Positions 27,769-36,683 of a DNA stretch of 38,304 nucleotides are shown piece after piece. The stretch lies in sequence record SRR31156797_4761. One strand, written 5' to 3'. The translations under genes were made by a program, and so were the position numbers. The notes under the pieces are model-generated. The model was given only the letters and a program-made list of their open reading frames with translations, searched no databases and was not told the origin of the DNA. Position 1 is the stretch's first letter. Every line of letters begins with the position of its first letter.

Positions 27769-29316
27769 ATGGAAACAACGCAAAACAAAGATTACCCTGA
27801 TCATGTCAGTTTTATCTCGACAACAGATCGTTCTAGTTACATTACTTATGCTAATCAAGTGTTTTGCGATATTGCTGAGTATGAACAGGAAGAACTGCTA
27901 GGAAATCCACACAAGTTAGTACGCCATAACGATATGCCCAAGGCTGCTTTTGGTCAGCTCTGGAGCTACATTGAAAATGGCAAAAGTTGGATGGGTATCG
28001 TTAAAAACAAATGTAAAAGCAATAAGCATTATTGGGTCTCTGCATTTGTAACGCCTATCAAAGATGAAAATGGCGAAATTATTGAATACCAATCGGTTCG
28101 CTCCAAGCCGAGTGCCGAGCAAGTAAAGCGAGCAGAATCTTTATACAAAGACCTAAATGCTGGTAAAAAAATTTCACTGAAACGTTTTTTAGTGTCCAAG
28201 TTGTTAATGCTGGGCACGCTGGTTGGCATTGGCGTTAATTTGTTCTGGATGTGGCAGCAGCAAAATTGGCTGTTAGGCGGTATATCAACTGCGATATTTG
28301 CTTTGATACTGTTGGGATTACTGCGCAGCCAGCGACGTTTATCTAAACTGCAGTCTCTTGCTCAAGAAGCGTACTCAAACCCTCTATTAGAGAAAGTGTA
28401 TACCGGCTACAGAGATGATTTCTCAGAGGTCGAACTGGCTTTAATGATGCGTAAAGCTGAGTTAAGGGCAGTAACCGCCCGCAGTAGCGATACGTCTGGT
28501 AAGGTTTTGCAAGATGCTCAACACGAGTTCGAAACCGCCAAAGATATTGAGCAAAGTTTAACGGCCCAGCATGCTGAGACAGAACAAGTGGCGGCGGCGG
28601 TAGAAGAGTTAACCTACTCCATCAATGACATCGCGAGTGCAGCATCGTTAACATCGCAACTGACTGATGAAGCACGCTCGGAGTCGATTTCTGGTTTAGA
28701 TAGTATCAATTCAACCGTGAAGAAAGTGAATGAACTCGATCAGGAATTGGTCAACAGTCAGCAGATTCTCAACACCTTATCTGAACACAGTAAACAGGTG
28801 GAATCGATACTCGATGTGATTAGTTCTATCTCTGAACAGACCAACTTGTTGGCACTCAATGCGGCTATTGAAGCGGCTCGCGCTGGGGAATCCGGTCGAG
28901 GCTTTGCGGTTGTGGCGGATGAAGTCCGTCATTTGGCGATTAAAACCAGTGATTCAACGACCGAAATTCATTCGATGATTGCTGATTTACAAGATTTAGC
29001 TAAGCAAGGTGTTGATGCTATTCAGCGTGGGTCGGATATCTCTCAGCAATGTATTGCCAGTGCAGACCAAACCGGAGAAATGATTGGTGAGATAGCGTCT
29101 AAGCTAGAGCAGGTATCTCACAGAAGCCAGGAAATTGCGGTGGCGGTAGAGCAGCAAGCGGTCGCAACCAAAGAGATCACGGCCAATGCTGTGAATATCA
29201 AAGTGTTGACAGAGAATACCGCGCAAGCGTCGGGTAATTCCGTTCAGCGTACCCGGGTGTTGGTGTCGAACCTAAAAGAACTGCAACGATTACTCAATCA
29301 ATTTGAGCGCAAGTAG
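27769..29316 (+). CDS. Aer-type aerotaxis/energy-taxis receptor (PAS-TM hairpin-MCP)
   Basis: ITYAN..F..ELLGNPHKLVRHNDMPKAAFGQLW..GKSWMGIVKN..YWV FAD-PAS signature; MCP tip motif. Confidence 0.88.
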   Translation: METTQNKDYPDHVSFISTTDRSSYITYANQVFCDIAEYEQEELLGNPHKLVRHNDMPKAAFGQLWSYIENGKSWMGIVKNKCKSNKHYWVSAFVTPIKDENGEIIEYQSVRSKPSAEQVKRAESLYKDLNAGKKISLKRFLVSKLLMLGTLVGIGVNLFWMWQQQNWLLGGISTAIFALILLGLLRSQRRLSKLQSLAQEAYSNPLLEKVYTGYRDDFSEVELALMMRKAELRAVTARSSDTSGKVLQDAQHEFETAKDIEQSLTAQHAETEQVAAAVEELTYSINDIASAASLTSQLTDEARSESISGLDSINSTVKKVNELDQELVNSQQILNTLSEHSKQVESILDVISSISEQTNLLALNAAIEAARAGESGRGFAVVADEVRHLAIKTSDSTTEIHSMIADLQDLAKQGVDAIQRGSDISQQCIASADQTGEMIGEIASKLEQVSHRSQEIAVAVEQQAVATKEITANAVNIKVLTENTAQASGNSVQRTRVLVSNLKELQRLLNQFERK

Positions 29317-29370
29317 AGTAAGTTGATGACATTCCCTTGTCATCTTCTCTAGCTATGCCATGCCGTTGAG

Positions 29371-29715
29371 TTAGTCGTTCTGCTCTCTCACATCGTATTG
29401 ATAATCTACATCGACCAAGCCTCTGTATGAGGCTTTTTCTGGCTCAACGTAGATGGATTCTATCTTGAGTTCGCTGTTGTTGATTTTTACAGTGTCATGA
29501 ACCACCGTTGGTTCAATGATACCCAGTTTAAATGAAAGCTCTTCAGAAGAAGACTCTCTCAGATCATGAATCAGTTTAAACCCGGCCTGTTGCGCTTTGG
29601 CTTCAGTATTAAAGACTTCTGTTTGCAACGTTCTTTCTAATTGCTTGGTTTGAGTCGCTGCAAACACAGGACTACTCATTGCCAATATGCCAATCATTAC
29701 GAGTGCTTTTTTCAT
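29371..29715 (-). CDS. DUF3316-like exported protein
   Basis: Signal peptide (..SPVFA), A...GF....L.....EL motif, C-terminal YRGLVDVDYQY; AAGGAG RBS. Confidence 0.72.
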   Translation of the reverse strand: MKKALVMIGILAMSSPVFAATQTKQLERTLQTEVFNTEAKAQQAGFKLIHDLRESSSEELSFKLGIIEPTVVHDTVKINNSELKIESIYVEPEKASYRGLVDVDYQYDVREQND

Positions 29716-29937
29716 TTTAATACTCCTTTAACTGTCGATGTTAGTGCATTTGTTGAGCACGAATTCATCCTATCAACAGCTAAGTAAGGAGTCCGTCAGC
29801 CTATGTAAAACCGTCGAAAACTTATCTTCAAATTTTTTGACATTCCTGATTTATATAAGGTTTTTCTTAACAGTGTTAACTCTTTGACCAAATTATGTAC
29901 ACAAGTTGACGTATTGTGTTTGGTTAAAATGCCCGTT

Positions 29938-31230
29938 TCACAGCTGTGCCGAATACCACCATAGAACAGAGCAGCAAATGACGTACATGGTAGCGATATA
30001 ACGCCAGTTGGCAAAGAAAAGTGCTTTGGCACTGATGTCATAGCGTGATTGGATGCTCAGTTGAACACCTGAGAAGGGGGAAACGGTAATACCTAGTGAC
30101 CATCCCATCAGCAGTGTTAAACCCAACAAGTTAGGGTCAGCCATTGAAGGTGCTAAAACACTTCCTGCGAGAACAACGCTGGTAACCGGATGCATACCCG
30201 TCATGGCGAGAGCAATAAGTACAGCAATCGTGACACTTGCCTCTAACCCTCCAAAATGCTCAGGAGCGAGCTGTATGTTCATAGCATGGAGTGACGCTGC
30301 AACGCCAGAAGCCAACATAGCTGCGGCGGCAAACAGAACGACTTCACCACTGGAGTTGGCAATACCGACTTCTATATGATTTCTGGCGGTAATAATCGCG
30401 TGATAGCCTTTGGTGAAAAGTAGCCATAACGCAATAAAACAGATGGAAGTTAATGTCACCAGAGAAAGAACGCTGATATGAGGGTAGTGCTCGTGAGCAG
30501 TAATAACAATGGCGGCGAGTAGAGCGGGCATCCACAACGAATAGAGAGTCACCGGGTAGCCTGATACTGAATCCGCATCTGCTCTTCTGACAATTTGCCA
30601 ACAGCTTAGTCCCAGAGCTACTAAGCAAATGGGGATTCCGAAACTGACCAAGGTGCCCAATTGAGAGCCGGGTGCGCTGATAAGCGCTAACCCCATGGAG
30701 GCGAAAAACGGAGACCAGAATGCACAAGCTGAGAATCCGCGAAGTAGTATCAATCCTTGAGTCGTCGAGAGCTTACTTTGAGTTGCCAGCTTATCGCCGA
30801 CAATCATCACTGAAGAGATGTTCAGTACTGAACCAAATAAGTGGGCACCAAACACGGTTTTGATTAGCGCGCTTTTGCCTTTAGGTAAAACTTCACCTGC
30901 TTTTACACTGTTGACCGCAAAAATCCGTAAGAAGCCGACGCCGACAATCATGGCGATGACGTTTTGATTTGCTTCCAGGGTCTTTAAGAGGTAGCGCCCG
31001 TCCAGACCGCTTATTGCACCGTAAATCAAGCCTGCAATACCAACCGACATTAATAAGAAGATCTGCTTTCTTTGATTAGGTTTTACATAGGGAATGAAGA
31101 GTAAGACAACGAGCCAAATAGGAATACCCGCCCAATAGCCGCTGAAAAGATTCGTTATCTCAGCAATTAAGGAGAGTAAAACGCATAGCATTAGTAGCCA
31201 TCCGCCGACTGCGGCAATGTGGGGCTTCAT
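29938..31230 (-). CDS. Uncharacterised multi-pass membrane protein, probable secondary transporter
   Basis: 430 aa, ~11-12 hydrophobic segments, AHLFGSVLN, FWSPFF, GMHPV, SPFSG motifs. Confidence 0.7.
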   Translation of the reverse strand: MKPHIAAVGGWLLMLCVLLSLIAEITNLFSGYWAGIPIWLVVLLFIPYVKPNQRKQIFLLMSVGIAGLIYGAISGLDGRYLLKTLEANQNVIAMIVGVGFLRIFAVNSVKAGEVLPKGKSALIKTVFGAHLFGSVLNISSVMIVGDKLATQSKLSTTQGLILLRGFSACAFWSPFFASMGLALISAPGSQLGTLVSFGIPICLVALGLSCWQIVRRADADSVSGYPVTLYSLWMPALLAAIVITAHEHYPHISVLSLVTLTSICFIALWLLFTKGYHAIITARNHIEVGIANSSGEVVLFAAAAMLASGVAASLHAMNIQLAPEHFGGLEASVTIAVLIALAMTGMHPVTSVVLAGSVLAPSMADPNLLGLTLLMGWSLGITVSPFSGVQLSIQSRYDISAKALFFANWRYIATMYVICCSVLWWYSAQL

Positions 31231-31372
31231 AGTGTTCGGTACGCCAATAAAAGAGTGAATGAAAAAGTAGGGGAGTTGGCGATATCTATTTGAGTATAAG
31301 CTTCTTATTTTTAACCATAATACTCAGTGTCGCTTATCCAGCGCAATAGAGAAAATGGGTAAATTTTCGTCT

Positions 31373-32089
31373 TTACCCTCTCAGGCAGGTTTGAAAATAA
31401 CTCACTTCATTGTTGGCTAATCGATACACGGTTGCGGGTTTCCCACCTTTACCTTTACTGGAGGCAGCAATTTTGTTGGCACTGACAATAATACCGGTAT
31501 CAATCAGGCGGCGCTTAACGGTCATGCGGTTTACTTCAACACCAAACTGGCTGTAGGCATCAATAATATCGGCGACAAGAAACTCTTTTTCCAAAGCGAA
31601 CAGAACCACTGAAGTATATTCAACGGCGGCTCTAAGCTTTTTCCACGCATGCTGAATCTGCGCTACATGGTCAAACGCTAATTCCATCTCTTCATTAAGT
31701 AGAGATTGTAAGTCGAACCAATCTGCACGGCTTTTGTCGCTGCTGGCATTTTCAATTTGCTGCACATTAGATGGGTTGAGAAGCGCATAGTGGGAGATAC
31801 TGATACTCCAACCTTCAGGATCGCGTTTGGGGTTACCGTCTACCAGTGGGTCACTGATGTAATTCGGGTAAGTATGAATCTTTTGTCGACAGATCCTACG
31901 ATGGGCCGAGTTAAAGTCTTCGTCAGCAGGCTCTCCACCTTGGCTGGTCATATCTTCGTCGTAAACAAATCCACCGGGCAGAGCCCATTTGCCGCAATCA
32001 GGTCGTTTAGGATTACAACGTTTGACCAACAAAGTCTGTATCCCAGACGGAGCAAGACGCAGGCAAACCATATCGATAGTGACAATCAT
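31373..32089 (-). CDS. nrtR: Nudix-related transcriptional regulator NrtR
   Basis: Nudix fold start (VTIDMV..LLVKR..WALPGGFV), RDP, LAFDH, C-terminal wHTH ending GKPATVY; degenerate Nudix box; divergent from pncB. Start 32089. Confidence 0.8.
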   Translation of the reverse strand: MIVTIDMVCLRLAPSGIQTLLVKRCNPKRPDCGKWALPGGFVYDEDMTSQGGEPADEDFNSAHRRICRQKIHTYPNYISDPLVDGNPKRDPEGWSISISHYALLNPSNVQQIENASSDKSRADWFDLQSLLNEEMELAFDHVAQIQHAWKKLRAAVEYTSVVLFALEKEFLVADIIDAYSQFGVEVNRMTVKRRLIDTGIIVSANKIAASSKGKGGKPATVYRLANNEVSYFQTCLRG

Positions 32090-32151
32090 AACAGCGATCC
32101 TGACATGCGTTCTCCAATTGAGATATGAATGACGAACAGAAGGTATATAAC

Positions 32152-32349
32152 AATACGTTACAAACAATGAATGATGATAGTGCTTTTTGCCTACCAATAT
32201 CAATAAGTGATTGTAATTAAATTAAATGACTCGAAATCGTCATCTTTTGTTGTTGAACCGACTAAAAACAAGAGTTTGTAACAAAAATTGACAAACTGTC
32301 AGGGTTCATTTAATGTTCAAAAATAAGTTACAAACAAAATGTTACTAAC
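32152..32349. promoter_or_regulatory. nrtR/pncB control region: sigma70 promoter plus four GTTACWAAC boxes
   Basis: TTGACA (32288-32293)-N17-TAATGT (32311-32316); boxes at 32157, 32274 (reverse), 32327 and 32341. Confidence 0.65.
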
Positions 32350-32385
32350 GTAAATCATCTTGGTATTACATTGAAGGAAGGCTAA

Positions 32386-33693
32386 ATGAGTAACCGCCTA
32401 TTCTCTCCTCAAATCATCCGCAGCTTATTGGATTTAGATGCTTATAAAATCAATATGATGCAGGCGATTCATTCCCACTATCCTGATGCACAAGTGCGTT
32501 ACGAGTTAATTGTCCGCAGTGATGAGGATGTGAGTGACCTTCTTGATGAAGTAAGAGAAGAAATGGCTCTTTTGGCTTCTTTGCGTTTTTCTGATGCAGA
32601 TATTTCGTATCTTGAAAGTCATTTCCCGCATCTGAAATCTTCGTTTATTCAGTCTCTGCGTTATTTCCATTTCCAACCGGAGCGACAGGTTGAACTTGGT
32701 ATCGTAAAACAAGATGGAAAGCATCAGCTTCGAATTGGTATTAAAGGCTCATGGCGCGATACCATTCTTTATGAAACGATAGTGATGGCGATTGTCTCTG
32801 AAGTCCGTAACCGTCGTCGTTGGGCTGATGTCCCTCCACAGCTACCGATGGAAGTGTTTTCGGCTAAAGTTGCTAAGTTAAAAGCAGACATTGCCAAGCG
32901 TGGCATCACTAATTTCTCATTGACTGAGATGGGGACACGTCGTCGCTTCTCTGGTCAGGTTCAACGTGATGTAATGGCGCATTTACAGCAAGAAATACCG
33001 GATTTGCTGTTGGGCACCAGTAACTGCCACTTTGCCCGTGAGTTTAAAGTTAAGCCCATTGGAACTATAGCCCACGAATGGTTTATGGGGCACCAGGCTT
33101 TGGTCAATGTCCGTGATTCACAACGTGTGGCTTTGGAGCAGTGGTTAACTGCTTTTGAAGGCCAGTTAGCCATCGCGCCAACCGATACCCTAACCATTGA
33201 TGCGTTCATTGAAGACTTCAATATGCATTTAGCTAAAGCATACAGTGGTGTTCGGCACGATTCCGGTTGCCCATTTACGTGGGGCGACAAAATGATTGCT
33301 CACTACGAAAGCTTAGGCATCGACCCAACAACGAAAATCTTCATCTTTTCTAATGGATTGAACTTCGATGAAGCGCTGGAGCTGTGTGAGTATTTTGCCG
33401 GTAGAGTGCAAGTCTCGTTCGGTATCGGTACCTTCCTGACGAATGATCTGGATGGTTGGCACAACGTTGAGGGTAAGGCGTATCAACCGCTTTCAATTGT
33501 GATCAAATTGACTGAGTGCAACGGTCGTCCTGTGGCGAAAGTCAGTGATGAACCGGAAAAAGCGATGTGTGAAGACCCACTGTTTTTGGCCAACTTAAAA
33601 CGCAGATTCAATATCGATGTTGATATTGATGCTTTGATCAAATCACTAAAGAAACAAAAGCAAACTAAGCGGCAGTACATCGCTGCCGCATAG
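32386..33693 (+). CDS. pncB: Nicotinate phosphoribosyltransferase
   Basis: SLLDLDAYK, GTRRRFS, GTSN, GTIAHEW (phospho-His), GVRHDSG, FGIGT.LTND, VAKVSD. Confidence 0.95.
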   Translation: MSNRLFSPQIIRSLLDLDAYKINMMQAIHSHYPDAQVRYELIVRSDEDVSDLLDEVREEMALLASLRFSDADISYLESHFPHLKSSFIQSLRYFHFQPERQVELGIVKQDGKHQLRIGIKGSWRDTILYETIVMAIVSEVRNRRRWADVPPQLPMEVFSAKVAKLKADIAKRGITNFSLTEMGTRRRFSGQVQRDVMAHLQQEIPDLLLGTSNCHFAREFKVKPIGTIAHEWFMGHQALVNVRDSQRVALEQWLTAFEGQLAIAPTDTLTIDAFIEDFNMHLAKAYSGVRHDSGCPFTWGDKMIAHYESLGIDPTTKIFIFSNGLNFDEALELCEYFAGRVQVSFGIGTFLTNDLDGWHNVEGKAYQPLSIVIKLTECNGRPVAKVSDEPEKAMCEDPLFLANLKRRFNIDVDIDALIKSLKKQKQTKRQYIAAA

Positions 33694-33718
33694 CGTTCTA
33701 CAATCTAAAGATCTGAGT

Positions 33719-33760
33719 AATCCCTTTTAGTGTTAAGCCACTAGAAGGGATTTTTCTTTT
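33719..33760 (+). terminator. Intrinsic terminator of pncB
   Basis: AATCCCTTTTAGTG-ttaagc-CACTAGAAGGGATT followed by a T-rich tail. Confidence 0.75.
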
Positions 33761-33856
33761 ATGTCACGATAGTCAGACCTTTCTGCTTGTTGTCGCTAAG
33801 ACGTTAAGTTTTCGAGTGTCCACGCTCACTATAATTTTTAAAAGGACCGCTGTGAT

Positions 33857-34897
33857 ATGAGTTTTCCTCCTGTAAAAACTGCCGTCATCGGTTATGGTTT
33901 TTCCGCAAAAACCTTTCATATTCCATTCATAGAAGCGCTACCTGAGTTGGCACTGTCTGCCATCAGTTCAAGCCAGCAGGCGAGCGTCGAGGCTGATTTT
34001 CCTGAAGCTACCTGGTTCAAGCACGCTAATGATCTGTTAGATAATAGTGACGCGGAGCTAGTGATTATTACTGCTCCCAATGATGTGCACTACTCATTGG
34101 CAAAACGCGCTCTGGAGAATGGCAAACATGTCATTGTTGAGAAGCCTTTTGTCACCAGAGTTGAAGAAGGTGAAGAGCTGATTGCATTAGCGGAAGAAAA
34201 AGGCTTGGTGCTAAGCGTATTCCATAACCGTCGTTGGGATGGGGATCTGTTGACGGTGAAAAAGCTGATCGATGAAGGTCGATTGGGCGATGTTAGACTG
34301 TTTGAGTCTCATTTTGACCGCTATCGCCCGGAAGTTCGTCAGCGTTGGAGAGAACTCGCGACAGATGGCGGCGGTATCTTGTTTGATCTCGCTCCTCACT
34401 TACTGGATCAAGCTTTGATGCTGTTTGGTACTCCGGAAGCGTTAAATGCTCAATGTCGTATCATGCGTCCGGGGTCAACGACGATTGATTACTTCAACTT
34501 GATTCTGCACTACCCACAACATTTGGTGCATTTACATGCCAACCTATACAGCCCAGAACCGAACCTGAGATATAAAGTATTGGGGAGTTTAGGTAAGTTT
34601 GAAAAATATGGTCTTGATCCACAAGAAGAGTGTTTGAAATCAGGCGTTGAGCCTAGTGTTAGTGGTTGGGCAAAAGAAGCGGAAACGCTTTATGGCAAGC
34701 TGTTTTTAGAACAGCAAGTCGAAACGATTACAACCGAAGCCGGCTGTTATGAAATGTACTTCAAAGGGGTTGCGGAAGCGATTCGTTTAGGCAAAGAAAA
34801 TCCGGTTCCAGCATCGGAAGCTTTGCAGAATATCAAGTTGATAGCATTAGCGATGGAAAGCAGTGAAACTGGCCAAACGCTTAAGGTTGAATTATGA
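33857..34897 (+). CDS. Gfo/Idh/MocA oxidoreductase (YdgJ-like)
   Basis: IGYGFSAKTFH, HVIVEKPF, FHNRRWD, DLAPHLLDQ, GLDPQE. Confidence 0.9.
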   Translation: MSFPPVKTAVIGYGFSAKTFHIPFIEALPELALSAISSSQQASVEADFPEATWFKHANDLLDNSDAELVIITAPNDVHYSLAKRALENGKHVIVEKPFVTRVEEGEELIALAEEKGLVLSVFHNRRWDGDLLTVKKLIDEGRLGDVRLFESHFDRYRPEVRQRWRELATDGGGILFDLAPHLLDQALMLFGTPEALNAQCRIMRPGSTTIDYFNLILHYPQHLVHLHANLYSPEPNLRYKVLGSLGKFEKYGLDPQEECLKSGVEPSVSGWAKEAETLYGKLFLEQQVETITTEAGCYEMYFKGVAEAIRLGKENPVPASEALQNIKLIALAMESSETGQTLKVEL

Positions 34898-35364
34898 GCT
34901 ATACGTTAGAAAGTCTTGTTCAACAAGAATCCGATTTGGAGTTAGTTTACTTTAATCAGGATGTTGCTTGGCAGCTAGGAACCACAATCAAGCAGTTGGC
35001 GGAACAAAAAGGTGCATCGATATCGATTGAAGTCTTTGGTTTTGGTCAGACGCTGTTTCAGTTCTGCATGTTGGGTTCTAGCGCGGATCAGCTAGACTGG
35101 ATTCGTCGTAAACGTAACTCAGTTTTGTATTACGGCCGAAGCACATATTACCTATCGCTTTACAATGAGAGCAAACAACGTGTGTTTGAAACACAGCCAC
35201 ATATTGACCCCAACGAGTATTGTGCTCATGGCGGGTCATTTCCAATCCGTATCAAAGGTTCTGGCTTAGTGGGTGCCGTGACAGCGTCAGGGCTGGCTTC
35301 GATAGAAGATCATCAGCTGGTGACCCAAGCGTTGCAGCAAGCGTTGGATAGTCAAACCGCTTAA
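34894..35364 (+). CDS. UPF0303 / heme-degrading-like (GlcG/HbpS fold) protein
   Basis: AWQLG, WIRRKRNSV, HGGSFPI, ASGLASIEDH; ATGA overlap with the upstream gene. Confidence 0.85.
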   Translation: MSYTLESLVQQESDLELVYFNQDVAWQLGTTIKQLAEQKGASISIEVFGFGQTLFQFCMLGSSADQLDWIRRKRNSVLYYGRSTYYLSLYNESKQRVFETQPHIDPNEYCAHGGSFPIRIKGSGLVGAVTASGLASIEDHQLVTQALQQALDSQTA

Positions 35365-35368
35365 GACG

Positions 35369-35404
35369 AAAGCCCCTGCTATTTCAGATAACAGGGGCTT
35401 TATT
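35369..35404. terminator. Bidirectional hairpin terminator
   Basis: AAAGCCCCTG...CAGGGGCTTT between convergent genes. Confidence 0.75.
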
Positions 35405-35405
35405 A

Positions 35406-36494
35406 TTACTTTTGGTTAATCACTTCTTGAAGCAGATGATCGATTGAGACAGCAACTTGCTGACTGGCAGATTCCATAGCATGCAAATGCTGAGCAAGTT
35501 GAGTGATATCGCCTTCCTGGCCAGCAACAAGTGCATCGCGTCCTGAGTCGTGAACTCTTTGATGAGGTTCATTCAAACTAATAAAGTTTTTCATGTGACC
35601 AAATTTTTCAGCCCCATCTCCTTGGAAGTACCAGTGACCTAAGCGACACTCTTTATGGCTATTGACGCAAGTAGAAAACTGTTCATTGTTAATCAGGTTG
35701 TAAACGTTATTCTTCCAAACCACATGGTCTATCTTAACCGTATCTAAAAATGCTCGCGTCGTTGCAACGCGAATCACTTCCTGCATGTGGTGTGATCGAT
35801 CTAAAACTTGGTTTACAACGCTTTCTATTTGATCTGAAGAGGTAGCGACTTCCATCGAATAGGTGTGGTTAGTGTTAATCGAATCTTTCATGCTGGTGGT
35901 TTGGTCAATCACCTTATTCACCAGTTGTTCGATTTTCTCACTGGCATCATGTGCTTTGTTGGCCAATGTTCTGACTTCATCGGCAACCACAGCAAAGCCT
36001 CGGCCCGCTTCACCAGCGCGAGCGGCTTCGATGGCCGCATTTAATGCAAGCAAGTTTGTTTGAGCAGAGATTTCTTGAATGGTGTGAATAAGCTGCCCAA
36101 TTGAAGAGGCGGAGTGCTCCAATTGCTCAGCGGCCTGAATATTATGATTGGCTTGTTCGCTGATATTCTGTGCACGACCAGAAAGTCTGGATAATGCGGC
36201 CCTGGTTTGGGTGAACATCTCATCCAGCTCTTGTAAAGCGTGGTTTTCTTCAGTTAGGTCTTCTGCACTGGAGGCTAGCCCTTGGCGGATTGTTTCCAGC
36301 ATGGTTCCGCCACTCAGTTGATATTGAGCGACAGAAGACAAGGTTTCCTGTTGTTTAGCAAGGGTTTCAATTTCTTGTTCTTGGTGCTGTATTTTTTGCT
36401 TTAAGTTTGCGACTTCCTCGTTATGTTGTTGTTTTTGTTGTTCTAGTTGTAGGTGTAACGCTTTTATTTCTTGTTTTAGGCTTCTATTGAACAT
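35406..36494 (-). CDS. Soluble chemoreceptor with C-terminal CZB zinc-binding domain
   Basis: No TM; MCP tip motif; [21 protein letters not shown] supplies the His/Cys/His/His CZB ligands. Confidence 0.9.
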   Translation of the reverse strand: MFNRSLKQEIKALHLQLEQQKQQHNEEVANLKQKIQHQEQEIETLAKQQETLSSVAQYQLSGGTMLETIRQGLASSAEDLTEENHALQELDEMFTQTRAALSRLSGRAQNISEQANHNIQAAEQLEHSASSIGQLIHTIQEISAQTNLLALNAAIEAARAGEAGRGFAVVADEVRTLANKAHDASEKIEQLVNKVIDQTTSMKDSINTNHTYSMEVATSSDQIESVVNQVLDRSHHMQEVIRVATTRAFLDTVKIDHVVWKNNVYNLINNEQFSTCVNSHKECRLGHWYFQGDGAEKFGHMKNFISLNEPHQRVHDSGRDALVAGQEGDITQLAQHLHAMESASQQVAVSIDHLLQEVINQK

Positions 36495-36683
36495 AATGGC
36501 TCCCCTTATGTTTCAATTTTTACAGTCTTTCATGCGTTTTCCAATTTTAAAAACGTGAGAGAAGATCCGTTTATGATATTTAATTTTCAGATATTGTGTT
36601 TGTTATAAATATAGTTGAATTAGCGCTTGAAATTATCATTCTGTTCAATGGAATATGGTGAGTGTTTAACATAGGGATCATGA

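Noticed and set aside
7275-32203. Longest-ORF starts at 7275, 17217, 17900, 21429, 25101 and 32203
   Set aside because: The N-terminal extensions lack family similarity; downstream ATGs match family starts and/or have an RBS.
32212-32226. HexR-like TGTAATTAAATTAAA in the nrtR/pncB region
   Set aside because: Single copy in very AT-rich DNA, missing the conserved C; cannot be distinguished from chance.
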